This document shows positions 23,788 to 37,143 of a stretch of 64,000 bases of DNA, piece by piece. This DNA is from Cyanophora paradoxa CCMP329. Lineage: Eukaryota; Plantae; Glaucophyta. The stretch is taken from positions 88,491-152,490 of the forward strand of contig QPMI01000122.1 of NCBI GenBank assembly GCA_004431415.1, written 5' to 3'. How positions within the stretch are numbered: position 1 is the first letter of the stretch; the number at the start of each line of letters is the position of its first letter. Below the pieces are notes generated by a model. The model ran no database searches. It was not told where the DNA came from and worked only from the letters and a program-made list of their open reading frames with translations. The position numbers and the translations under genes are program-made.

Positions 23788-25937
23788 ATGGCGGGCGCTA
23801 AAAACTCATACGTTGTGAAAAGGCAGCTCGACTTTCTGGAAGACGATGCCATCTATGCGCAGTTACAGCAGTGGATCGGATTTCCGTGCGCATGTTGTGT
23901 TTGCTATTTGCTTCGTAAGCACTGTGTTGGTTATTTTTCTGACAAAGCGCTAGATTCACGTTTTCAAAATTGTACGAGGCATCGAGCCTCAACAACACTG
24001 TTAGCGGACCAGCTTTCCATTCGGCTTGCGATAATAAAGGTCCTACGATTACTATAGCTCGTATGGGGACTGGTCACATCATTGGCGGATTCACAATGCA
24101 ATGCTGGGCAAAAGTGCAATTTCATTTCATCAATTTCCTGTACTGAATTCGAATTTAATTTTGGAACTGCATTTCGTAGGGTGCAACTGTGAGTGGAAGT
24201 TACTCTTGTGGCGAAGATCGACTTGCGTTTATTTTTGCTCTTTGTGGTGCAAATGGCCTCATGAAACCGATTCTGGGGCGGATCAAAGAGGCGAACTACA
24301 AAACAGCCATTTTGCGTGCAGATAATTGTGGACCAACCTTTGGTCTTCCGCAAGCAAAGGATTGCTACAGCTATCCTGATTTAAGCTCTGTTGATCTTTC
24401 TTTCTTCAACAATCAGTGGAAATTCACTGCACGTTCATTTTGTTATTCCATTCCTGCAAACACGTTTCCTCCTGATGGTACTGTGGTGGAGAGACTGGAA
24501 GTTTACAGTGTTGAACTTTCCCTGGATGGTGGTAAGTTGTGGTGGCTTTAAGATGGTGGTACTAGTGTGGTACAGCTGACAGCTTGCAGCTTCTCTTGAT
24601 TTTAGCCAACTTGAAGTTTCGACTGGCCCAAAAGTAAAGCTCTGGCAGAAGCTATCATTCAATGAGAAGTCTGCAATTTGCCTCCACTTCTGTGTGGCCT
24701 TTACTCAGTCTGCATCAGGTCTCGAGACGAGCTGCTTGCAAAACTCCGTTCTCGCAAACCCAAGGGTGCTGAAAGGCTGCATGTACCCGCATATAACATT
24801 CTTCTTTTCGCTGGTGTTGGTGCTGGTTTGCCCCTTCTTCCTTCCCTTCTCCATTCCCGGCAACCAACCACCGTGAACAGGAAAATCATCATTTGTCAAC
24901 ACGCTGGACACTGCACTGCGTGGGCGCCTGTCTTCTATTGCAATGGTTGGAAAGGGGTCTCGATCCATCACTTCAATTCTTGCAAAGCGCCGCCTGCACT
25001 CGACTGCTGCGATCAACCTTTGGGATACAATGGGTGTGTTTGATTTTCTGCTCATTTTTTTCATTTATCCACCAGGATGCAACAGGATTCACGGTAGAAG
25101 TCGAAAAGAAGATGGAGTTTACTCAAATGTTTCACTATCTTGTAAGTGGCAATCTTGTGGATAACTTCGACCTGTCCAAGTTTGTATTGCTCTGGGTTTC
25201 AGTTAAATCTGTTTTTCTTCAGTAAAAACTCATGTTTTCTTCTGCACGCAGGGAGATTTTGGTTGACACCCCTGGCATTGTATGATGTCTTCTGAATTTG
25301 AAACTTTTGCATGTCTCTGAGTCACTTGTGTGCCTCACAGAATCTGGCTCCAACATTGGCCGACCGGGTGCATATTGTTGCACTTCTGGTCCCAGAGGAG
25401 AGTGCTTCAGATGATGTGTACATGGGGCGACTTTGCGAGTTTTTAAAAATTACAAATAAGCCTAACATAGGTGTGTTGGTTGCTTGTTTTAGTTGCTTGC
25501 ACGATTGCGAGTCGAACTCTACTTTTTTGCATAGCCAAGGTGGTGGTTCTCCTGAGCAAGGTGGACAGGGCAGACCCAGCTTTGCTTGAGGATGATCTTT
25601 CGAAGGTCGACTCCAGTGCTCGTGTTGCTGAACGGCGAAAGCTCATCGCACAAAAGGTGTAAATGTCGCTGTTCTATTTCCAAAGAAGCTTACCAAGAAG
25701 CCTTTAGGTCGGTTTACAACCATTTATGGTTATCCCTATTAAGAACTACTATGAGGAAGGCTCTCCTGATGTTGCTGTGGATGTGCTCGCTTTGGATGCG
25801 CTCTGGTGCACTTCTTCCCTGCCCTTGGACCCAAATGCATGTGTTTGACGGTGTGAAACAGGCGTATGCTGGATTGTGCAGACGATTTCTTGGTAGAGCA
25901 GGCACGGATCATGGGTATCAAAATTGATGAAGACTGA
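23788..25937 (+). CDS. IFI44/IFI44L-like protein: N-terminal TLDc-like domain plus P-loop GTPase-like domain, multi-exon
   Basis: LQQWIG..FSKLYEAS...AFIFAL...GPTFG...VERLEVYSV (TLDc-like). YNILLFAGVGAG|KSSFVNTL, INLWDTMG, RVHIVALLV, VVLLSKVDRADP, VIPIKNYYEEGSPDVAVDVLALDALWRMLDCADDFL match IFI44-family hallmarks. Confidence 0.85.
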
Positions 25938-26029
25938 TGTTGAATGCCATAATGCAAAAGTACATTACATGTACATGACTGCACGCTTGGAGAAAAGTAA
26001 AAGTAAACTTGGTTAATGCAAAATTTGTA

Positions 26030-27062
26030 TCATGATGCGTATCGAATGAGCTGATCTGCAAGGTCGCCAATGAGTTTTTTATTCTGTTCAGCAGAGAGCA
26101 AGGTCGCAGGAGCTATGTCATCAAACACGGCATCAAATATATGGCCACATCGTCCACGTCCTTGAACAGCTGCAAGAGCCTCCGAAACGTATCCCTCGCA
26201 CTGAAATCTGGATATTACGCAGGATAATCTGAAATCGAGATCAGTAAAAGATACCTTGCCCTCGACTGGACTGCTCTGCCCTTCAATTGCAACCTGGTGC
26301 ATGAAGACCACAATCCGCGCTCGGGCATCTGAGAGAGTCATTAAGCTCATTTTATGCCGAGTGTTCGAACGATAAGTACCCTGAGAGACTTGTTGAAGGC
26401 GCAAGGTGACTTCCTCTGGCTGAATTCGCGACTCAGAACGGTAGAAGAGGATAATGGCATCTGCTGATGCATCCGACGTCTGTCCTTCCCCATCGAGCAA
26501 GAGCTCCACTTGACGATCCAGCAGGATACGCCGAACCTCTGCCATAAGAACACGAGTGACGTCGGTTCTTTTGAATTCAAGCGTCCCACGGACAGCAGTG
26601 CGGACTTGAACTGCGACAGAGTAAGAGAAGAGACAACAGCCGAGCCAAAACAGTGCCAAACCTCTCTTCAATCTCGGTGGTGGCACGGGCGGAGCTGAGA
26701 AGTGCCGATTCTGTGCGCCCATCCGAGGCGGTACCAATTCCGGTGCAGAGCACAACGCCCGCACGGAAGAGCTGTAAGGGGCAATCGGCATCCTGCTGTC
26801 TTGGCGCAGCTTATCGATCTCGTCCATGAGCGCTAGAACGAGCTCGCTTAGTAGCGCATCCTGTTCACGTAGCGCTTCAAGCGCTCCATGAAAGCTGAAC
26901 TCTGATCGAGTCTGCGAGAGCCGTCGCTCTCGCAAAATTGGGGCCAATACACAACATTTGAACCTGGCGGAGCGTTCTGATAGCCCAGGCGATTGCCTCT
27001 GGAGTGCGCGCTTGTCTGCGATGATCTGCCTCGACACCTGGTCGACTGCTGCTTATGCCCAT
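26030..27062 (-). CDS. Uncharacterised protein with MGxxxS N-myristoylation-like start and a compact alpha/beta C-terminal domain
   Basis: ATG at 27062 (MGISSSRP...) splices into ORF 26030-27037. Domain core ADAIILFYRSESRIQPEEV...RIVVFMHQ...HIFDAVFDD...EQNKKLIGDL. Confidence 0.55.
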
Positions 27063-27350
27063 CTCTGTCTGCCCACGCATCGGATGTCTTATGTGATCTT
27101 ATATCTGCATGCGTACGTTTGACGGACTGCTAGCTGCGTCAAAAAGGCACCACGTCAAAGGCACGACGACGAGCAGCTCGTTCATCAGCTAGCTCAGCAG
27201 CTAGTCTAGGGTACAGCGCGTCTATCCGTATCACACAGACGGGGTGGGCACGCACCATATGTACACGCGCGAAGAAAGAACGCTGGTCAGGGGGGACTAC
27301 TGGGGGGTAGAGTGCGTTCCTGGGGTCGAGGCCACAGCCGGGCAGGCGGG

Positions 27351-30300
27351 ATGGAGGCCACCGCGTTTTTGAGCTCTGCCATTGGTGCTGGACGTTTGTG
27401 GACGCTGGCGAGTGATGCCGACGCAATGAGAACAACCTCATCCACCACAACGCGCTCCTCAAGGCCGTGGTGCCCCGCGCCGCCGCCGCCCCGCCCTCAC
27501 GTGCGGCCCCTCGGCTTAGCTCTTGCGCGCAGTGCGGGGCGCGCGCGGTGGACCGGGCGCGGGCCGTGCTGGAGCGCATGGAGGCGGCGGCCTGTGGGGG
27601 CGCCAGCGCGGCGGACGCGTGCGCGCCCGACGTCCTCTCGTACAACACACTCGTCGCCGGTGCGGCCGCCTCCTCCGCCCGCCCGCCCCGCCCGCCAGCG
27701 GCCGGGGCCCGACGGGGAACGGGGCGGGGCGGGGCAGGCTACGCGAGCGAGGGGCGCGTGGAGGAGGCGGAGGCGCTGGTGGCGCGCATGCGGGCGGCCG
27801 GCGCGGCGCCCGACGCGGTGACCTACAGCACGCTCGTGCACGCCTGCGCCCGCGCCCTCCCGCCCCGCATGGACCTCGCCGAGAAGGCCCGCCCGCCCGC
27901 CATCCCCGCCGCCCCGCGCCCGCCCCGGGCTGACGGCGGGGGCAGACGGTGGCCGAGATGCGGGCGGCCGGCGTGCAGCCGAACCTCGTCACCTACAACG
28001 TGCGCCCCGCCTCCCCACCCCTTTCCTGCGCATCGCCGACGGGCGAGCCGGCGGGTGGACGGGCGGCAGACGCTGGTGCACGGGTACGCGGCAGCGGGGA
28101 TGGCGGCAGAGGCCCTCGCCACCCTCCGCGCCCTCGTGCGCCCCGGCCCCGCCCCCGCCCCGCCCCCGCCCCGCGCCGCCGACGGGCTTGCAGGAGGGCG
28201 AGCTGGGGACGGACGTGACGACGTGGAACGCCTGCCTGCACGCCTGCTTCCGCGCCGCCCGCCCCGAGGCCGTGCGCCCCGCCCCGCCCCGCCCCGCCCC
28301 GCTCTGGCCGCCCCGCTCACGCCCCGGGGCAGGCGCAAGCGCTCTTCGACCGGATGGAGGGCCGCCCGGCCGCGGGGCCCGCCGCGGGGCCCGGCCCGCC
28401 CCGCCCCCGCCCCAACGCCGTCACCTACAGTGCGCCTCTCGCCTCGCTCTCGTGGCCCCGCGCGCCGCGCCGGGCGGGGCGGACGGGGCGGCAGGCACGA
28501 TGATCGGGGCCTGTGCGACGCCGGCGCGCCGGGGCCCGCCCGCGCCCTCCTCCGCCGCCTCGTGCGCCTCCGCCCGCCACGCCCGCCCCGCTCGCCGCCA
28601 ACGCGGCGGGGCGCAGGCGGCGGAGGGGGCGCCGCGGCCGCTCCGCGCGGCGGCGACGACGGCGCTCCTCGACGGCCTCCGCCGCGCCGTGCGCCCCGCC
28701 CCGCCCCGCCCCGCCCGGCCTCCCCTCCTCACCCGCGGCGCAGGGGCGGGCGGAGGAGCTGGCGGAGGCGTTCGAGGAGGCGGAGCGGGCCGGCCTCGCG
28801 GACGCGCGGCTGTACGCGGCGGCGGTGGCCGGCCTGGCGCGGGGCGGGCGGCCGGCGGCGGCGGAGGCGGCGCTGCGGGAGATGCGGCGGCGCGGGCACG
28901 CGGCCGGCGAGGCGCTCTTCGGGGCCGTCCTCGACGCCTTCGTGGCCGCGGGGGACGGCCCCGGGGCCGACCGCCTCCTCGGGGCGCAGCGGGAGGCGGG
29001 GGTGCCGTGCGGGGACGCCGTGCGGCTGACGGCGGCGCTGCGGTGCGGCGTCTCGCACGGGCGCGCGATGGAGGTGTTCCGGGACCTGGGCGAGGGGCGG
29101 CCTGGCTCGCGGCCCTCCGCCCCGACGCCCGCCTCTACACCGCGCTCCTCGAGTCCTGCGCCCGCGACCGCAACGCCCGCGACGCCCGCGCCGTCTTCGC
29201 CGCCGCGCCCCGCCCCGACGCCGTCCTCTGCGGGCCCGTGCCCCTCCTCCCCCTCTCTTTCCCCTCCCTGCGCCCCTGACGCCCCGGCGCAGGGTGATGA
29301 TGCGGGCGTACCTGCGCTCGGGGCTCCCGCGGGAGGCCCTCGCCCTCTTCGACACCCTCCGCCGCGAGCGCCGCCTCGCCCCCACCGCCGTCCGCCCCGC
29401 CCCGCCCCGCCCCCGTCCCGGACTGACGGCCCTCTCTGTCTCTCTCTCTCTTTCGGCGCAGTCGTGCTACGCGGCGGCGGTGGACGCGGCGACGCGAGCC
29501 GGGGACGGGGCGCGGGCGGCGGGCCTGGTGCGGGAGATGCGGCGGGCGGGCCACCGGCCCTCGGCGCGCCTCTACAACGTCGCCATCCAGAGCCAGGGGG
29601 CCCTGGGCCGCGCCGACGCCTGCTTCGAGCTCTACGAGGAGATGCGCGCCGCCGGCGTCGCCCCCACCGCCCTCACCCTCTCCTCCCTCATGGCCGCCTG
29701 CGTCCGCTCCGGCGAGCCCCGCCGCGCCCTCGGCCTCCTCCCCGCCGTGGAGGCCCTCCCGCCGGCCGAGCGGCTCGACACGCGCGCCTACAACGGCCTC
29801 CTGCGCGCCCTCGCCGCCTCGCGCTGCGGCGCCGACGAGGCGCTCGCCCTCCTGCGGCACCTCTCGAGCCTCGGGGCGCGCCCCGACGAGGAGACCTGCG
29901 CGCTGCTCGTCGAGGCCTGCGTGCAGGCCGGCCGCGCCGGCGAGGCCCTCGCGGCGCTCCGCGAGATGACGGCCGCCGGCGTCCGCCCGACGCCCGTGAC
30001 GTACAGCAGCCTCGTGCGGGCCCTCGCGGGGAGCATGCAGCAGGAGGCCGCCTTCGGCCTCCTCGCCGACATGCGCGGCGCGGGGCTCGAGGGCGACGCC
30101 CGCGCCGCGCGGCGGGCCTACGGCGCGCTCGTCGAGTCGTTCATCGCGAGCGGGGAGCCGCTGCGGGCGCTGCTGGGCCTGCGGGAGATGGAGGAGCGCG
30201 GCCTGCCGCCGCCCCGCGCCGCCTTCGAGCGCCTCATCGACGCCTTCTCCGGCTCCGAGCGCGTCGACGAGGCCTTCGCCGTCTTCCGGTACCCCCCGCC

Positions 30301-31092
30301 CGGCCCGACGCCCCCCCTTTCCCTCGGGCCTGACGCGGGGCGGGGCGCAGGATGATGGAGGGGGCGCTGGGGGGCCCGACCCCGCGGGCGTACGGGGCGC
30401 TGATCGAGGCGCTGGCGCGGGCGCGGGAGCCGCTGCGGGCGACGCTCGGGCTGCGGGAGGCGGAGTCGCGGGGCCTGCGGCCCGGGCTCCCCACCTACGA
30501 CCGGGTCGTCCAGCGCCTCGGCGAGGCGCGCGAGGTCGACGCCGCCTTCGCCGTCCTCGGCCGCATGCAGGCCTCGTACCCCCGCGCCCCCGCCCGCCCG
30601 GGCGCCTACGCCGCCCTCGTCGAGGCCTGCGCCGGCCGCGGCCTGCTGTTGAAGGCCCTCCTCGGCGTGGCCGAGCTCCAGCGCGCCCTCGACGCCGGGG
30701 TCGGCGCCGCCGCCCTCCCGCCCGCCGCCGCCGCCGCCGCCGGCGAGGGCGCCGCCCCGGACCGGCACCTGCGGCGGGCGTACAGCGCGGCGCTGGCGGC
30801 GCTGACGGAGCGGGACGCGGGGGACGGGTACGAGCTCTACCGCGCGGTGCGGCGGCGCTGGGGCCTCGAGCCCGACGACGCCGCCCTCGCCATCCTCCTC
30901 TCCGCCCACCTCGAGGGCTCCCCGCTCCTCCGGCCCCTCCCCCGTTCCGCCGCCCCCGAGCGGCCGGGGCCCCCCTCCGCGGCGCCCCTCCTCCTCCCCG
31001 CCTCCGCCTCCTCCCCCCCCGGGGACGAGAGCGGCCTCCTCCTCCCCACCGCCCTCTTCGCCCCCCGCCGCCCCGCCCCAGCCAAGCCTTAG
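27351..31092 (+). pseudogene. PPR gene copy B with a ~450-bp 5' deletion that shifts the frame
   Basis: Same ATG context as copy A, but jumps from 'gatgccgacgcaatg' to 'agaacaacctcatccacc' out of frame. Additional 1-bp G-run indels near 28507 and 29095. The rest is near-identical to copy A. Confidence 0.7.
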
Positions 31093-31889
31093 TGTGGCCC
31101 TTTCAAAGGTCCGGTCGGCTGTCGTCCCTGCAGCATCGGTGCACCCGCTCATCAGGTTTTCAAGCCCTCGTGTGACTTTTACAACTTTCAAGCTTTTTGC
31201 ATATTGTGTGTCCGATGAATCATGTACCTTTGTCTCGGGAGAGGAAAAGTGTAGACCTTCAGGCAGTGTGTGTTGCCATGTCGTGCGCATGTCACCCTTG
31301 CAGTTATGATGTTTTTTGAATTTTTCAACTTGCTATAGCTACTCTCAGAGTCTCGATATGGATCATAACTCGGTAGGTCTTCGACCGCGACTCGCGCCTC
31401 AGGGCCTGCGAGGCTGCCCCCGGCCCCGCTCGTCTCAGGATGTGCAAGCCTTTGAAGGTGGGGTCTGAAAAACAAAGACAGCCTAGGCCTAGCTACGTAT
31501 ACAGGCCTAGGCCTGGCAGTGCTGCTGGCAGCTGCAGCTTGGCAGCCTTTATACATGTACACGTACCCCCAACTCAGCGAGGCAGCCGAGGCTCGATCCG
31601 GCTTGGCGGCCACCTAAAGCGCGCTTCCAGCCCGGCATCGCACGTGCACGGGGTGGTCGAAGCGCAGCGCAGACCGCCCGCCGTCCCCGGGCGCGCACCC
31701 GGCAACCGCGGCTCTAGATCAAGCGTCGCATACGTGCACGTACGTGGAGCATCTTGAAGCTCTGTGAGCCAACAAGGATTGCCGCGGAGCGGATCGAGGC
31801 GCGCCGGCTCAGGCTGCGAACGGCTGTGCTTCGCACGAGGCGTCGGGCGCCGGCGCCGCTGCGAACGGGCCGCGCTCTGGTCGTGCTCA

Positions 31890-34800
31890 ATGGCATCCGG
31901 GGCCAGCGCGAAGTCCGTCGGGCCGTACCTTGTCCTGAAGAAAGTGGGAACTGGATCCTTTGCGAGCGTATGGCATGCGCGCCACAAAACGAGTGGCCAG
32001 GAGGTGGCAATCAAGGGTGCTTCTTCATTGATTTAGACTGCTTCACACTCGCACGCCTCTAAAGCTCTGCGCGCAGCTATCTCTACGGAGAAGCTCAACA
32101 AGAAGTTAACCGAGAACCTGGACGTTGAGATCAGCATACAGCGCTCACTGGAGCACCCGAACGTGGTTAAACTCCTTGATATCTTGGTGCGTTTTAAAGC
32201 AGGGCGCTACTGTCCGCAGAACCACAAAGACAAACATCTGATCCAGCCCTGTGCATGCGCAGAGAACTGAGAGGACCATCTACCTGGTGAATCGGCCTGT
32301 CTACAGTTTTGAGTGATTTATGCTGATCTTAACGTTAGATTCTTGAATTTTGTGCCGGTGGCGACCTCTCGAAGTTCATCCGCCGGCGGGGGCCTCTGCC
32401 TGAGGAGTTCGCCAAGCACCTCTTGCGGCAGCTTGGTATAAGCCGTCTTGGGGTTTGAAAGCTGATTTGCTCTAACGCTAGCTTAAACCAGCCCGCGGTC
32501 TCGACTTTTTGAGGCGGCATTCATTGATCCACCGTGATCTGAAACCACAGTGAGTCTTGTTCCTTTCCATGACGTAGTGATCTAAGGAAGCTCGCTGCGA
32601 TCTGCAGGAACCTGTTGCTCAGCTCTGATGGTGATGATGCTACTTTGAAGATTGCGGATTTCGGTTTCGCGAGGTACATAGACAAAGGAAACCTGGCCGA
32701 GACCCTGTGTGGCTCGCCACTGTATATGGTAAGTACTAGCGAAGTCTAGCTCTGCCAGTCTCGTCATCTGAGCATTGCGCAGGCACCTGAGATCCTCCGG
32801 TTTCAAAAGTATGACGCAAAAGCCGACCTGTGGTCTGTTGGGACGATTATATTCGAGCTGCTCACAGGGAGACCTCCTTTCACCGGAACCAACCACATAC
32901 AGCTCTTGCACAACATCGAGCAGACCGCGGAGCTCAAATTTCCGGACACGCTTCCACTATCGCAGTCAACCATGTCACTCCTCCGATCTCTTTTGAGGCG
33001 CAATCCTGTGGAGCGTTGCTCATTTGAGGACTTCTTCAAGCATCCGCTGGTCGGCCTCATTCCAAGCCCGCAACCTCCAACCATGCTCTTGCTCTCCGGC
33101 TCCTCGGCAGCTTCTGGCCCATCTACAGCAAGCGCTCTAGTTGAAATGCACCCATCTCCAGACGTGCTTTCTCCAGCCGTTGCAGAGGCCGAGTTTGCAG
33201 ATACACAGCTAGCACCTGCAGAAACAGGGAAAGACCATGGTGAAATCCGCACTTCTCCAGCCAATGTGGAAGCAAATAATCTTCATTTTGACCATTCTTC
33301 CTTCTCAACATCGCACTCTGATGCGGATCGTGGTGCGTCCTTCCAACCTGGCAATCTGAGCTGGCTGTTTCTCATCTTCATCACAGAGTCTGGTGGCGCA
33401 CATTGCGAATCTAGCCCCAGCAACGATGCAAGTGTGAATCGGGTACCAATTCGCCAGCCGAGGACAAATCCTTTCAAGAGCGAGTCGAGTGCACCTTCTC
33501 GGCGCACACTTACCGATAGCCTGGACAAGGAATATGTTATGGTCGATGCTGTCCCTGGAGACATTCCAGCGACCGCATCTGTTCGACCTTGCCAGCCTCG
33601 GGAGCAGGAACAACCTGTTGACTCCGTTCCTGACACTCGCAGTGCTGTTCCCAGTCGGAGAGAAACGTCGGCGTCCTCGGCAAGCAGTGCTTTGTTCTCA
33701 TATCCGAATATCCCGGGAGTCCAAACAGCAGCAGTCAGCATTCCTCAATCCCAGCCTCTAAGTATGCCAGGTCTTGGTTCCCCTGTAGCTGGAACCGGTC
33801 TCGCCCTGGGGCCGCCTTGGGGCGGAGCAGAGGAGGCAAGTGGACCTGTTTGCCTGCCGCATCCCCCCTCTCACGGCCTGCAGGACAAGCTGGTTGTGGC
33901 GCTGGACTGGAAAGCCCGCAACTACAAACTTGTTCGAGAGCTTGCCGATGCCTACAGCGAGGGTGGGCGTTGGGTGGATGCAACTGCTCTGTATGTTCGA
34001 GCACTGCATATACTTCAGGGGGCGCTCCTGATAGCCCAGCAATTCGTGGGGAACTTCACGACTTCTGCTGGCCGAGTGTCTGGTAAGGGTTCTCAATGTG
34101 CTCTCATTGTCTGTAATTGAACTATCGGATGCAGTTTTCCAGTGGCTTAAAGAGCGGTTCATTGAGGTGGCCGAGAAAGCGGAGGAATGTCGGTCCCTTG
34201 CACAGTCTTCGTTTACTTCAAGTGAATCTTCTACAGTGAGGCATTCTGTTTCACTTTGTTGATTGTGTCGCCTTTCATTGTATGAACACATGGCTCAGGG
34301 CTCAGGAGCAATCAGTGGATGTGGTGCTTCGACTAGTGGCGAAGTAGCGAGCACTACGCAGCGACAGCGACAAAACGCAGAAGCGCAGACTTCTTCAGAC
34401 TTTCCAGATCGAATGGATGCTGCAGCGGACTCTAGCACAGGCTCAGGAAGCGGCTCTGTGTGCGTCGAGAGGCTTTTGTACGAGCGGGCTCTGCAGCTGG
34501 TGCGCCTGTGGACCTTGAGCTACCATATAAGTCCTTCTGAAACTCTTCGCAGGGGCGAGAAGGTGCAGTAGATGAGCTCATGGGGAACGCGCTCGCGAGC
34601 TGCAACTCCTACACACGAGCCATACAGGTGTCCTTCTTGAAAGCGCAGCCTATGCATGTTTCTCAAGCTGGGTCTCGCAGCTCCTGGACCTCGTTTCTGC
34701 GGAGGGGGCAATTTCAGAAGCGGACCGCGCGACACTTCGTTCCTGTGTGCCCTTTGCCATGTCCTATGTGGCCGTGCTTCAGGCATTGAAAATCACCGCA

Positions 34801-34923
34801 GACATGGTTCGTTTCGGAGCACGGCTGCAGGAGCTTCGCAAATCGGTCAAGCCAGGAGCACCTCGGGTCCTTGGATCCCCCTCTCAATCTCCTCATGGCT
34901 TGAGCCGCACATCCTATGGGTGA
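31890..34923 (+). CDS. ATG1: Autophagy kinase ATG1/ULK with AIM motif and C-terminal MIT-like region
   Basis: [76 protein letters not shown]; EYVMV; [10 protein letters not shown]. Confidence 0.92.
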
Positions 34924-34955
34924 TGGGGGGAAATTGAGAAAAATGGGTGATGTGC

Positions 34956-35125
34956 GCATTTGGACACGTACTTAAAAACGCAGGTCCGGGCTACAAGTGT
35001 GGGAATGTACACTGCGGACGCCGCGGCCGCGGGCCCAGCCCACCAGCGAACTGGCCGGCCGAGCCCTGCGTGGCCCCCTAAGGAGAGTAATACGCCTCCC
35101 CGCGGACACTCTGGCTAGCTATGGC
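34956..35125 (+). repeat. Short dispersed repeat, with degenerate copies at ~37150-37173 and ~37392-37595
   Basis: Shared blocks gcatttggacacgtacttaaaa(a)cgc, gtccgggctacaagtgtggga and ggacactct(g/a)gctagct. Confidence 0.7.
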
Positions 35126-35674
35126 TACGTGTGCCCGCACGGCGTGGTGCTGCATCGCGTCTTGTGGCGGCGGGGGGTCGTCTCGGGGCGGTACCGGTGG
35201 CGGGAGCCCCAACGGGCCCTGGGTGGGGGCCCGACATGGAGTCAGCCTAGGCCTGCGGTGGGCGCCGGGGGCCCGGGGCGCCGGGGGGCGCGAAAAGGGG
35301 TCAGATCGAAATCGCCGGCGTCTTGAGATCCGAATGAAAGCAAATGGGGGCGCACTCGATCGACGAGCCTCCCGCCCAGACGAGCGCCTGCGCGGGCGCA
35401 CATCATACGTCATACGTCATACATGATCATGATGTACTAGCTATCATGATCGATATTTTAGTGCCCCAGTGCGTTTGAACTTCGGAATCGCATGCGCACA
35501 TGAATCGAAAAAGCTCCGGGGTACTACTTAGACAAGCACGGATTCAAAGTGCTCGCTGGCTGGAGTTTCTAGCGCTGAAAGCGCGCCGTTTGCATGCTAG
35601 AGTGCGTTGTTGAGTACGACTCGGCCGTCGGGCGTCTTGAGTAACTGACTCGAGGCGCGTTCGCCTCCACTCAG

Positions 35675-37143
35675 ATGACGGACCCCGACGCTGCACGGAT
35701 GGAGAGGCTACGAGATCTCACGCAGTTTTTCGACGACGCGTTTTCGCCTGATGAAGACACGCGGCGAACTCTAATAGGCGACGCCCGGCGACAGACGTCG
35801 ACCAACAAGGTGCTTGAAGAGTTCGTCAAGGTAGGAGCCTTGTACAGATGTTATGATAGGATGCCGCACGCCAACGCAAAACGCGCATAGGATTTGAAGA
35901 AGAAGGCTCTGATTAGCGGCGCTGTAACTGGATTAAACCGCGACGGGCTTCTCAAGCAAGTCCGGGAGGTGTTTGCGAAGGAGGCAGGCCCCGGTTACAG
36001 CCATGTTGACAAGCGCTCCAACAATATGGAAGAACTTAGGGCGCGGATCAATGCCCTGGAGGCAACCTGGTCGGGGATGTTCGAGGACGAGGTTGTAAAG
36101 CGGCCAGGTATCACAACGATGAAACGCCCTCAGCTGCTGACGGTGCAGCCAAAGTCTCCTTTATCCTCTCTATTGCATAATCTCCTCTGGCAGCATCTCC
36201 TGGAGCTTGTTCATCAGATGTGCTTCAACAAGGACCTGAGATTGAAGCAGCTGGCTGGCTCTTCCCGCCCGTCGACCGACGATGGACAGATTGGTCAGAA
36301 GAAGAAGGAGAAGAAATCGCTTGGCGGAGACGAGAAGAAGCCGGAGGGAGGCGAACCTGCTTTGTTCCGCCCGTCTGATGAGGGGCCATCCGCCGGTGTA
36401 AGTTGCATTTCTCTGCAGTTGCTCTGCATTCAAATCGCCAAATGCACTGCCTTGCATTCAAATCGCTACTTTTTCTTCAGACGGATGGGCCGCTGATGGT
36501 CCTGGCGGATGGGCGAAACGTTGAGAGTCTCGCCGATTTCTGGATTGCTTTCATTGATGCGGACCAGGGCGATGCTGTCTTCGATATGTGCCGGAAGCGC
36601 GTTCTTAATGCTTCTAGAAAGGACCTCCAAGAACTTGCCAAAGTTCGTACACGAGAGTTCTTCCTCCCTCGAGCTTTCCTGCACAATGTAGGTTGCTTAC
36701 ATGCTCCTTGAACAGCGCCTGAAGATCTCCGACCCAAGGCATGAATTGTACAAGATCTCACCTGTTGATCACAAAGGAATCTGCCTTTCAGAGATCAAAT
36801 CATATTTCGGGCAAGACCACGATAGTGGTGGTGTTGCAAAATTCATGGCGAAAGGTGCTTTCTGCTCGCATCATTGCAGCTCGTTCTTATCTTTTTGTTG
36901 CAGGTATCACGAAGGACAGAATTTCGTTGTATATTCAGAGTGCCGAAGCAATGTTTAAGCAAGAAGCTCTGAAGGGTGTTCCAATGCCCACCCCTAAAGT
37001 TGCAAAGCAACACGAGAAGATCATCCAAGTCCGGGTATGGTCATTCATTCACTATTTAGAACTGTGCATGTTTGTCTAACGAATCCTTTTTGCAGTACTT
37101 GGTGAGTTTGGTGCTGCAAGCCTGCTTTGGACTGGAGACCTGA
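35675..37143 (+). CDS. Multi-exon orphan protein of unknown function
   Basis: ORFs 35675-35890, 35894-36496, 36403-36711, 36701-36958 and 36741-37079 can be joined by GT-AG introns. No family recognised. Confidence 0.55.

Noticed and set aside
21600-27215. Helitron or other transposon as the carrier of the island
   Set aside because: No RepHel or transposase, no convincing TC...CTAG termini with hairpin, and no TIR/TSD seen.
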